From Chiloscyllium plagiosum (Eukaryota): a stretch of DNA of 63,101 nt. This document shows, one piece after another, positions 24,701-37,700 of the stretch (its first letter is position 1; each line of letters begins with the position of its first letter). The notes under the pieces were generated by a model, which saw nothing but the letters and a program-made list of their open reading frames with translations, had not been told where the DNA came from and did not search any database. Position numbers and translations under genes: made by a program. The DNA lies in assembly GCF_004010195.1 (NCBI RefSeq), contig NC_057719.1:5327928-5391028 (forward strand), read 5' to 3'.

Positions 24701-27700
24701 TCCAAGCAATGGGTGACAAGGGTTTGGCGGTGGAGGAGGCCCAGGACCTGCATGTCCTTAGTTAAGTGGGAGGGGGAGTTAAAGTGTTCGGCCACAGAGC
24801 TGTACAGTTGGTTCTTGGATGTTCACAGGTCGGCGCAATATCAAGGGCTTCAGACAACATCTCCAGCAGAACCACCTGATGAAGAAGCAGTGCTTCGAAA
24901 GCTTGTGATTCCAAATAAACCTGTTGGACTATAACTAGGTGTTGTGTGATTTTTAACTTTGCCCACCCCAGTTCAACACCGGCTCCTCCAAATCTTGATT
25001 ACAGATAGTCAACACAGTTTTGTGAAGGGTAGGTTGTGCCTCACAAACCTTAGAGTTCTTTGAAAAGTTGATCAAACAGGTGGATGAAGGTAAAGTGGTT
25101 GATGTGGTCTATATGGATTTCAGTAAAGCGTTTGATAAGGTTCCCCATGGTAGACTATTGCAGAAAATATGGTGGCATGGGATTGAGGGTGATTTAGTGG
25201 TTTGGATTAGAAATTGGCTAGCTGAAAGAAGATAGAGGGTGGTTGTTGATGGGAAATGTTCATCCTGGTAGTTCAGTTACTAGTGGTGTACTGCAAGGAT
25301 CTGTTTTGAGGCAACTGTTGTTTGTCATTTTTATACATGACCTGGGTGAGGGCTTGGAAGGATGGGTTAGTAAATTTGCAGATGACTTAAGGTCAGTGGA
25401 GTTGAGGACAGTGCCGAAAGATGTTGCAGATTACAGAGGGATATAGATTAGCTGCAGCGCTGGGCTGTGAGGTGGCAAATAGAGTTTACTGCAGAAAAGT
25501 GTGAGGTGATTCACTTTGGAAGGAGTAACAGGAATACAGAGTACTGGGCTAATGGCAAGATTCTTGGTAGCAGTGATGAGCAGAGAGATCTTGGTGTCCA
25601 TGTCCATAGATCCCTGAAAGTTGCCACCCAAGTTGATAGGGTTGTTAAGAAGGAGTACGGTGTGTTAGCTTTTATTGGTAGAGGGATTGAGTTTCAGAGC
25701 CATGAGGTCATGTTGCAGCTGTACAAAACTGTGGAGCAGCCGCACTTGGAGTATTGCATCCAGTTCTGGTCGTTGCATTATGGGAAGGATGTGGAAGCAT
25801 TGGAGACGGTGCAGAGGAGATTTACCAGGATGTTGCCTGGTATGGAGGGAAGGTCTTATGATGAAAGGCTGAGGGACTTAAGGCTGATTTTGTAACAGAG
25901 AAGAAGGTTGACTTAATAGAGACATACAAGAGGATTAGGGTGGACAGTGAGAGCCTTTTTCTTTGGATGATGATGGCTAGCAGAAGGGGACATTGCTTTA
26001 AATTGAGGGGTGATAGATATAGGACAGATGTCAGAGGTAGTTTCTTTACTCAGAGAGTAGTAAGTGTGTGGAACACCCTGCCTGCAATAGTAGTGGACTC
26101 CCCAACCTTAAGGGCATTTAAATGGTCATTGGATAAACATTTGGATGATAATGGAATAGTGTAGGTTAGATAGGCTTCAGATTGGCTTCACAGGTAGGTG
26201 AAACATTGAGGGCTGAAGGGCCTGTATTGCGCTGTAATGTTCTATGACTTCCAATGCTTGCTTCAGCCAAAATGCATCTTCCCTTTAAGAGTTGCAGGCT
26301 GATTTGAAGTAGTACATGCCATTTTTAAATGGTGTCAGTATCATCTGAAATTGGGCTGCCACCTATAGTGTGGAGCCATTCAATAGTGCAAAAGCAAATA
26401 AAACTTGTATCCTGACTGCATTACTTTGTACAAGTGCAGGTTAATCATGCACTAAAATCACATTTCTATTTTGTGTGCTTTAGGTTATTCATGAATTGAG
26501 ATTCTTCAAGCCCTTCTGGGGAATCATTGATTTTTTTTATCCATGAATCCTAATTTCTTCAGAAACTAAACACACAATCTTACAGCAAGAGATTTTACAG
26601 CACAGATAGAGGGCAGTTGGCCCACTGTGCCTAAACTGGCTCTTTAATTCAGCGTTATTGCCTAATGTCAATTCCTACTTTGGCCTCACACCATTGTATA
26701 TTTTCTTATCCAAATAATCATCCTATACCTTCTTTAATGCCTCAGTTGAATCCACCAGACTGCCAGGAAATGCATTTCATATCCTAACTACTCACTGAGT
26801 GAGTGAGTGATGAGTGAGTGATTACTTCCGCCGATCACAGCTAGAACTTCCCTCATCTCCATTCAGGGCCTCAACCAGTCCTTCCAGGTGAGACAGAGGT
26901 TCACCTGCCTCTCCTCCAACCCAGTTTACTTCATTCGGTGCCCCCGATGCGGTCTTCTCTACGTCAGCGAGACCAAAAGTAAACTCAGGACACTTTTCAC
27001 CAAGCATCTCCTCAGGGCCAGTATGGGCCAGCCTGACTCCCAGTCACTAACCATTTCAATTCCCTTTTTCACTTATTCTCTCACATGACCATCCTCAGCT
27101 TCCTCCATTGCTACAGCGAATCAGGCCACAAATTGGAGGAACAACACCTGATCTTCTGCCTGGGCAGCCTATAGTACAGAGGACTCAACATTGAGTTCTC
27201 CAATTTCAAATGACCTTCCCATCTATGCCCTGACTCCCTCTCCAGCACCGCCTCCTCCCTTCCATTCCTGGCACTGACACTTCCTTTCAGCTACCAACTG
27301 GATTCATTCCTCCCACTGACCAATCAGGTCACCCCCCACCTGTATTCACTTACCATTACCTCACCATTCTGACCCTCTCCCCATCTATAACCCTTCAAAC
27401 CCCCTTTATCTGCAGCTCCCCCTATCCCCACCTCCGTTCCTGAGTTATACCCAAAATGTCGAATTCTCCACAAACTGATACTGCCTGGCTTGTTGTGTTT
27501 CTCCAGCCTCTTGCTTGTCTACATTGGATTCCAGCATTTGCCGTTTTTTTGTCCCCAAATCTTACATTCATCACAGCTTAGTTTTGTAAACCAAACAGTT
27601 CAAGAATCATAATTTGCATATTTTCTGTCCCTGCACCTTACCAACTGTGTCCTTATAATCAACATGTCATCATTTCTTGAAGGTCACAGGTTAAATAACT

Positions 27701-30700
27701 ACAGAAAAAATGTTGACATCATTTTGTTTTTGAAAATTTGCATTGTCAAAGTCAATCTTTGGAGTTTCCAACTGACTGTTACGATACCCAATACACTCAC
27801 CTGCAATAACTGTAAAATCTGCTTCAACATCACAAGCTATGAGATCCCCATTGTTTATGTATTTTTTCACGGCCTCTTTCACCTTTCCCATTCCCAGTTC
27901 ATTCCCTCCATCTCCAATACCTAGAGAACAGAGACACAACAAACCCAGCAAATAAAGAAATTGAGGGAATAAAAGAGATACAACTACTATATGGCAGACT
28001 AAACGATCTTCTGATTCTGTAATTTTTTTGCTCCTATCTTTACATGTTTGCCCTTCCACAGTCATATAGATGGAATGTATTCTTAAGCATGTCTTTCAAT
28101 CATTTTGCTTTGAACAACTGCTGGAAATTCAGGTTAAACACTTCTAATTACTACTGTCAAGAAAACTTAGTAAAAGGGAAATCAACTCCAGTGATTACAT
28201 TAATTTTTGAAATAACATCATGAAATGATCAGCAATTGAACAAAATGAAAGGAGATAGATTTACTCCTCAGATATGGCACATTAGTCCCTTTTTGAACGG
28301 ACTATTTGACCTTTGTAGACATGTTTAAGAAGGCCATGATGTGGAGGTGCCGGTGTTGAACTGGGGTGGACAAAGTTAAAAATCAGAGTCAAGATTAGAA
28401 TGGTACTGGAAAAGCATTCCTGATGAAGGCTTTTGCCCGAAACGCCGATTTTCCTGCTCCTCGGATGCTGCCTGACCTGCTGTGCTTTTTCAGCACCACT
28501 CTAATCTTGACTCTTGATTTCAAGCATCTGCAGTCCTCAGTTTTGCAAAGTTAAAAATCACACAACATCAAGTTATAGTCCAACAGGTTTATTTGAAACT
28601 ACTAGCTTTTGGAGTTCTGCTCCTTCATCAGGTAGCTGTGGAGCAGGATCATAAGATATTCATAAGTAAATCCCAGAACTTCTTTTAAGTCCATTTTATA
28701 AATTCCTATTTTAGAAGTAGAACCAGTCTGACTCAAGACTGGGATACAGACAGACTCTAACCTCACACCTTTATTGCACAGTTTGAGCTGAGATGTCACC
28801 TTTTTATAATAAAACCTTAAGTTATCTCAAGAATGTGACTTAAAAGAAGTTCTGGGATTTGCGTATTAATGAACCAAAACCTGCAACCCATTCTAAAAGA
28901 TGAAAGAATTAACAGCAATACAGTTTGTTCAATATATTGTTTCAGTTGCATGACACTGTAATCTTTTGCTATAAATTCTGTGTCTTATGATCCTGCTCCA
29001 CAGCTATCTGATGAAGGAGCAGTGGCCTGAAAGCTAGTACTTCCAAATAAAGCTGTTGGACTATAACCTGGTGATGTGTGATTTTTAACTTAAAGAAGGG
29101 TGAGAGGAGAGGAACAATCAAATTAAGAACTGCTTCATAAAGATTCAATTTGTGATCAAGTGTCTGAACAGTAAATATCAGTTCAGGCATGCAATCTCAG
29201 CCAAATTCTCACCAATGCTTACGTTTATACGACACCTTTAATGAAGCAAAGATTTCACAGGCACTTCATAGAAACATAATCATAGTAAAATTATTTAACA
29301 CTGTGCTAAGGTCGGAAACATTAAGATATGTTTTAAGAGTAATCTTAAAGGGAGTAGGAGAGGATGAGCCATAGAGTGTTACGTAATGGAAATAGAGCCT
29401 TCAGTTCATCATGATTGTTCTGGATATTAAGCGCCGATTTACTCTAACCCATTTCCTAGCATTTGGCCCATAACCTTGGATGCCATGGTGTTTTAAATAT
29501 TTCAAAATACTTTTTAAGGTTTAGTGAAGGACTTCAGGGCCAAGACAGCTGAGGCCCAACGGTGGAATGATAAAAATTAGGATTGTGCAATTGTAAGAGA
29601 ATTGGTAGCATGGGTTGTGGATGAGGTTATAGATTTGTTTGCTGAGCTGGTGTGCTTTTCTGTAGATGCTTTATCATCCTACTAGGTGACATTGATAAAG
29701 TGTTGGTGGTCTATCACACCTGGTATTTATTGTCTCTGTTTTTTGTATTTCCAATTCTGTAGCTGAGTGGTTTGTATATGGGGTCCAATTTGATGTATTC
29801 ATTGGAGGAATGTAGAGATCTCAAGGGGTAAAAGGTTTTCAGGAGGTTACAGACATAGGATCTGATGGGATCCGAACACAGGGATGAGAATTTTAAAATT
29901 GAGCTGCTGCTTAATTGAGCCAGTGTGTCAGCAAGCACAGATTTGATTCACAACAAATATCAAACATTTACTGAACAGATTCCCAAGTAGCAACCTGGAA
30001 TGACAGTCTGCTGATATCTTATCTCCTTTAGCCCAGGAGGATTGAGACAGACCACTAAGATTTGGTTGTATGCCAGTATTCAGACTGAGATGATGGAAGA
30101 ATAGTGATAAAAATGGAAGCACAGTGATTAATGTATAGCCCTTGTAGGTATGCAAGAAGATAAGAAATAGGAGCAGGTCCACTTGTGGATAATGGCTAAT
30201 CTTCAATCTCAACTTGAATTTCCCATCCTGCCCTCAGGTTCCTCAATACCCTTAATGTACAAATCGATTGATCTCAGCCTTGAATATACTCAGAACTAAG
30301 TATTCACAACCTTCTGGAGTAGATAATTTCAAAGATTCACAACCTTCTGAGGGAAGTAGTTCTCCTCAACTCAGTCCTGGATGATTAACTCATTACACTG
30401 AACCTATTCAGTCTCATTTCTAGATTCTCCAGCTAGGGGAATCAATCTTACGGTACCTTCCATGTCAAAACCTTTCAATGAAACTTTCTCATTTGACTAA
30501 ACTCTAGGGAACTATTCAACTTAATTTATCCTTATAAGGTAATTTACTTACCTCAGGAATCAATCTAGTAAACTTAGACAGATATAGTGTTCCTTATTAA
30601 TGGAGACCTATTCATTCCAGCTCTGCTTTCTAGCCTTTAAATAAACATTCACGCTAATACACTACCATCATTTCAGCAAGTGGTGCTCTGTCAAATCACT

Positions 30701-31674
30701 TTTCAAAACCCAGATATAGTATATTGACTAGTTCTTCTTTATGCTGGTACTATCTTGAAAAAAAATCTCCATTAGATTTATAATATATGATACTTCCTTT
30801 AGAAAACCCAGCTAACTCAGAATATTGTGGTTAGGCAAAGTGTCCGACTTCTTAAGAATGGACTTCAGCATTTTCTCACCGACTGATGTCAGGCTAAATG
30901 GCCACGAGATACCTGTTTTCTCTCTCCGGCCTTGAATTGCAGTATTGTATTTACTATCTTTCAATCCACTGGGACTGTTCTATAAGTTAGGGAAAGTCAG
31001 TGGATCCACTATACCCAAAGACACCTCTTTTAGAACCCTTGAATGTAGATCATCAAAGTGCAGGGTTATGTTTATGTGGTGAATTTCCCAAAGCTTTGCT
31101 GTTCTTGTCCTTCAGAGATTCACCACATAAACATAACCCTGCACTTTGATGATCTACATTCAAGGGTTCTAAAAGAAGTGTCTTTGGGTATAGTGGAGAT
31201 AGGAACTGTTGAAATAACCTCAGTGATTTGCTGCATTGCCTCTCATAGCTCCTATTAATCCTAACCACAGTTGAACTGATGGGGTGGGGAAATGCATAGC
31301 AAGTCTAATGGCAAGGACACCAATCAAGCAATCTCATTTGTCGAAGATAGCATTGAGCCCCTGGAGTACAGTTCTGGCTGCACTCACCGAAGCAATTATT
31401 GCAATTTCTGTTCTGTCAGTACACAGGAGGAATTTCAACCGAAAATATGTTTGCAGTTACCTGTTGTGGAAATTCCAGGGATGTCCTGTGCTTTTAGGAA
31501 AAGCTTGTCAATGGGATCCACCAAGTGTTTAATATTTACTTTCCGTGCATTGTAGTAATTGCCATCTGCAGCCATTCCAGCTCGTTCTATTGCTATGAGA
31601 TGATCAAACCTGTCCACATAGTTACACAAAATTGTTCAATAACCTGTCAATGACTGGATGTACGTATAAATTAC

Positions 31675-31707
<33 letters not shown>

Positions 31708-34700
31708 GTCGACCCGTTGCCTCTCCAAACCATACCTTACGGTTAACATTTACCTTGGAAACTGGGGATCACCATCATGACAAAGGAACATGAGGGCTGA
31801 ATCCTTGCCATTATCCTGGAAGCTAACAATAGGGACAGGGGTTTTTAACCTTCCTAAAAACAAAAAAGAATAGAAAGTAAATAGAAACTGTGAATGTTGG
31901 CTGTAGACAGGCAGTCAGTCGGAATTGCAAGTGAAATGGACAGATTCATCAGAACTAATGAACAATCCATTCTAATTTTTAACTATTGAGAGACACAACC
32001 CTGTCTTTGCTGCCAGCTCTGCCCCTCCACCCACCTGCTCTCCACTACATATCATGCACCTCCCCCGCATCCCTTTACCCCCTCCCAAAGTAATATGTGC
32101 ATCTCCACAAAATTTCTCACTTGTGGCTTGGGAACAAATGATAATTCCTCGGCTTTGGTGGATTTTGTTCCAGCAGTAATTGCAATTCAAAAGAGTTGCT
32201 GGCCACTGACTGACCAGCAAGAGTCAGTGAGTGAGGCATCCATCTCGGATAATTGATCTTGAATGACAATTAGTTTGGCAGACCTTCCAAAACAGGTGGT
32301 GCAGGATTCTTTCTGACTCTCCAGCTAGTGGACTTGACTCCGTCACCTCCAATTAGTACTGCCCTAAAATTTTCAATTTTTCTTTGCTGTCTAAACATCA
32401 GCATTTTACTTTTTAAAAGGAAAAGAATAAGCACCTTGCTCAACTGCTTCTTCAATAATCTTTTTGTTCATCTCTAAGGCTCTTTGATCTGTTACTATGA
32501 CAACGTTTTTCTTCTGGGCTTGCAACATGGCTGCTATAGCAATAGCTCCTGGAGGACCATCTGTCTCTTCTGGAGGCTGGTTATTGAAGTGGGTTGGAAA
32601 TCCAGTGGTTATGAGCACAGATTTTGCATTTGAAAGAGAGAGACATGCTTTTAGCAGCTGTTTTTCAATTAACAAATGCTTGATTCCTCGATTGCCTGTC
32701 CAGAACATAAAAAACATTTCATAGATTTCAATTCCAACTTGGTTTACATTTTAAGACGTGCTATTCAATTGTACTAGTTCTGAATAATGGCAATTAGAAC
32801 AAGACATAACTGTTATTGCATGTTGAAAATCAGTCCAATCGGTCTTGCTTGTGGTAACTCAGTTGCAATCAAGAATTTTGTTATAAGCACATTTTGCAGT
32901 AATATTCTTTCTGTTCTAGAATCTCTACCTACCCCCCAGCAGATAAAGCTGGTGAGTTATCGCTATATCTGTAACCTCCCATTGCCCTACAACTCTCAGA
33001 GAAATCTACATTCTCCTGCATCTCGACAATTGTGCATCCCCAATTTTAATTACTCTGCCACTGGCACTTGATATTACAATCCTAAGTGATGGCAATACTA
33101 TTCAAGTCAGATCTGAGAGTGAAATGTGGTTTGATGGAGCATAAATTTAATTTTACAGTTAGTCGCCTTGTGGTGCTTAGTCTATGAACCAATTCACATA
33201 AGGCTGTAAATGCTTGTTTTAAACACCAGAATGCAAGTTCATTCTACAAAAGAAGAAAATGCAAAGATATGTCTCACACACACACACAATAGATCCAACC
33301 TCTTCTATAATATCCTTTTCAGATCCTCAATCGTAACAATTCAACCATTTTGTAGCTAAACTCCCTCATTTATTACTTAACTGGCTCTTTCCAGTTCTCC
33401 TTCTTGGTCTGCTGTGACAGTTTTAAACTTCTTTATAGTTCTGCAGGCATAAGCGGCTTTCAGTTTTGATAATTTGAAAATTTCAATATAGCTTGGCGAC
33501 ATAACAAACAAAACTCCTCTACTCATACATAAGCTGTTCTTCTGAATTGAACTCCTCAGTCTTCTGAAGTGAAGTCAAACTAAACTAGTCACTCTGGTAA
33601 TGGCATTTTGGGGATTGGAATGAGGTTGGCCAGGTGGATGTCATTAAGTACAAGGTCAATCAGGGAGCCCTGGCTGACAGATATAAACAGGAGTCTCAGA
33701 GAGTCTTCTCACTCCAGGGACTGGCTGTGAGCTAACTGGTCAGACTCCATGTACTGTACATGTGTAAATAAAGGGTGACTTAGTGACAGCATACCAGCAT
33801 GTGTAGTTATTCCAGCCATAAAAGCTCCACTTTGTCAACACTTCATTAAGTTACAGTACAGGTATCTTTCTCACCTCTTGATTAAATCACATGCTCTTTA
33901 TGGAAGTATATACTTAGCTCACTGACCTGTTTAAAACAAAACTTTCAAAAAAATGACACCAAAACGCATCTGCCGCAACTTAAAAAACTCAAATTCCCAA
34001 ATGATGAAAAAACACATTAATGCAAAATAAAACATGGCTCTGAGTTAGAGGACTTATAGCATTGAGACACAGGGTCAATAGCACTGAAATAGAGGATCAG
34101 CCATGATCATATTGTATGGCAGAGCAGAATCAAAGGGCTGAATGGCTTATTCCTACTCCTCATTTCTATGTTTATATATTATACCCCATTAACATACTGT
34201 GCTTTCAGCTACCTAGGCCTTGAGTTCTGGAATTACCTCCCAAACCTATCCTATACCTTTTCCAATTTTAAAATCCAACTTAGACCTTATATGTTGCAGA
34301 CATTTGGTCATCTGCCTTAATGGTTAATCTCATATTGTCCCTTGGGATTCCTGATAATGTTAAAAGTAGTATATGAAATAATTTGTCCTATAGTGAAGAA
34401 GCTCCTGGTTTGAGTCTTAATACTGTGGTTAAGTCAGATCATTTCAACCAGGGCATCAGTAATGTGTAAATATTCTCAGCAACTCTAGGTTTAGGGAAAT
34501 GTAGAAACAATCGTGTTAGAAATTGCAGAATTGATAAATATAACTGTTCCTCTCCCCATTTGGAAAAACCCATTAGTACATATATAGATAATAGAGCCAA
34601 TAATGAAGCCAGGTAGCTGCAGGAATCTGGTGGAGAATCTCCTAATTTCAGGGCTATCAATAGGGTAACTATGCTTCCTTAGTATAGACTCACATTTGAA

Positions 34701-37700
34701 ACCCAAAACACATCATCATTAAGCTGTACTTAGCATCCTCTTCCTACCTGGATCTTGCTGAATCAGACTATCCAAGGCTTTGAATTTTTCTACAGCAGCA
34801 GCCGAGGCAACGCTATAGTGAACTGGATTCTGAGAAATGCAAAAAACATGTGGGATTTCTGCATCAGCAGCAAAGTCACTGGCCACCTCCTGCTCACTCT
34901 GCAGGTCAGTAATGAACATGCAGCCAGGAGCATGGGTGAAAGCCAGACCAGATTCTGCAAGTTAAAAAAAAAGATCAATTACAATGCTATTTCCATGATT
35001 TTGAAGAGAAGGATGGAATCAATTCTATATTGACATTCACAATATGCATATAGGTTACAGGTTTATTGGTGAGGGCTATTTAAGTGTGAGTATTTCTTTC
35101 ATATAGGCATATCATTTCTTTCATATAGGCATATCATAAAGTCCACTAATGGACTTTAACAATATTTGTATAATTCACTCCAGTTCCCAAACATCCACCA
35201 TCATTTTCTAGAAATTTGGTGGAAAAAAGACTTACACTAATATAGCACATTCTTAGTGAAAGCATAGAGTGGCAAAATCTATAAAAACATTTTGCTTTTT
35301 GACACCGAACCATACAAGTGAAATATCAGGAAAGATAACCAAAAGTTTTATCAAAGAAGTAGGTTTTTGGTGGCACCCGAGAGAGAGAGAGAAAGTTGAA
35401 GGTGGTGCATGGGGTGGAAATCAAATGGACTACTTTGTCCTGGAATGGTGCCAAGCTTCTTGAGTGTTGTTGGAGCTGCACTCACCCAGTTAAGTGGAAA
35501 ATATTCCATCACACACCTGATTTGCAGCTTGCAGATGGTAGATAAGGATTGGTGAGACAGGAGAACTATTCATCACAGAATTTCTCAGCCTCTCTTCTCC
35601 TCTTGTTGCTATAGTACTCCCATGGTTTGTCTAATTCAGCATCTGGTTAACAGTAATTAATATTTATAGTGGGAGTTTTACAGATGATAATGCCATTGTA
35701 TATCAAGTGATAATGGTTAGTTCTCTCTTTGTGGAACTGGCCATGTGTTGCACAAATGTTACTTCTTACTTATTTTCTCCAACAACCATAACTTTTATGT
35801 TGAGTATGATTCCAACCAGCAGAGCGCTTCTCCCTTAATTCCAACTTTTTCTACAGCTTCTTGATGCCACACTGAGTCAAATACCACCTTACTTCTGGAA
35901 TTCAGATATTTTATCCATGTAATGAAATGGAAAGCTGTAATGAGATCAGGAGCCAATTTCTCCTAGGGACAACCCAGGAAATTATATGCTGGTGAGTCTT
36001 ATATGAGTGGCAAAGTCATTACTAGAGAAGATACTTAGGGACAGGATTGACTTGCATTTGGAAAAGAGTTGACTTATTAGGAATAGTCACCATGGCTTTG
36101 TATGGGAGAGGTCTTGTCTCACAAAATTGAGTTTTCTGATTAAGAGATGAAGATGTTTGATGAGAGTACAGCAGTGAATGTTGTCTACACGGACTTTGCT
36201 AAAGCATTTGACATGATCCCTCATGCAAGGCTGGTCTAAAAGATTAAGTCACATGGGATCCAAGATGAGTTGGTAAGTTAGGTACAAAATTTGCTTGGTC
36301 ATAGAATTCAGAACGTAATTGTGGAAGGGTCATTTTACAGTTGGAGGTCCATAACTAGTGATGTTCCGCAGGGATCAGTGTTGGGCTTCTGTTGTTTTAA
36401 ATATATACAAATGATATGGATAAAAATGTAGTGATCCGATTAGTAAGTTTGCAGACAAAATGAATATTGGTGGAGTGATCAATAGAGAGGAAGGCTATCA
36501 AAAGATGTACAGACATATCTTGGGGTGCAAGTCCACAACTCGCTGAAAGTAGCAACACAAGTAGATAAGATGATAAAGAAGGCAAGCTTGCCTTCATCGG
36601 TCAAGGTATTGAGTGTAAATGTTGACAAATCATGTTGCAGTTATATAAAACTTTAGTTGATCCACATTTGGAACACTGTATGCAGTTCTGGTTGCCACAC
36701 TATAGGAAAGATATGGAAGCTTTGGAAAGGCTGCAAAAGACGTTTACCAGAATGTTGCTTGGACTGGAATATATTAACGATAAGGAGAGGTTGGATAAAC
36801 TTAGATTGCTTTCCCTTCAGCATCAGAGACTGAGGGGGGAATCTGATAATTAAGTATACAAACACTATGAGAGCCATGAGGTGGAGGTGCCAGTGTTGGA
36901 AGGGGTAGATAAAGCTAAAAATCACACAACACCAGGTTAAAGTCCAACAGTATTATTTGAAAGTACAAGCTTTCAGAGCACTGCTCCTTCATCAGGTAAC
37001 TAGTGGGGCAGGATCATAGGACACAGAATTTATGGTTAGAGATCAAAGTGTCACACAATTGATGTGATGTATTGAACAAACCTAGATTGCTATCAAGTCC
37101 TTAATCACTTAGAATGGGGACGCAGGTTTAAACTGATTAGTATGTAAATCCCAGAACTTCTTTCAAGTTACGTCCTGAGACAACTTAAGATTTTCTCAAA
37201 ATAAAAAAAAAAGCTTACATCTCAGTTCAGACAATGCATTAAAAGTGAGAGTTTAGGTCTGTCTGTATCCCAACCTTGAGTTAGATTGGTTCTATTTCCA
37301 AAGTAGGAATTCATAACATGTCACATGGACTGACTGCTTTTAGATTGTATGCTTTTTGAACAAAATAGAATGTATCTGCAAATACAAATTCACCCCAGAG
37401 ACTTATATGTGAGTGGCGTGTGTGTGTGAGGGAGAGAGAGAGTGTGTGTGCTTGTGAGAGTGAGTGTGTCCGTGTGTGTGATACAGTATATGCCTGTGAA
37501 AGAGCATGTGTGTGTTTATGACACTGGGTGTGGGTGTGTGTGCATGTGTGTGCAATTGTGTGTAAGAGTGCATGTGAATGTATGTGTGCTTGTGTATAAG
37601 GTGACCCCACTACACTATATGCTCACACATACACTCACCCACAAGCACACATACACACAGACTCTTAGACACTCACACAGACCCCCTCTCATACACAAGC

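Noticed and set aside
35092..35135. 22-bp tandem duplication atttctttcatataggcatatc
   Set aside because: Ordinary slippage duplication with two copies only; not an array.
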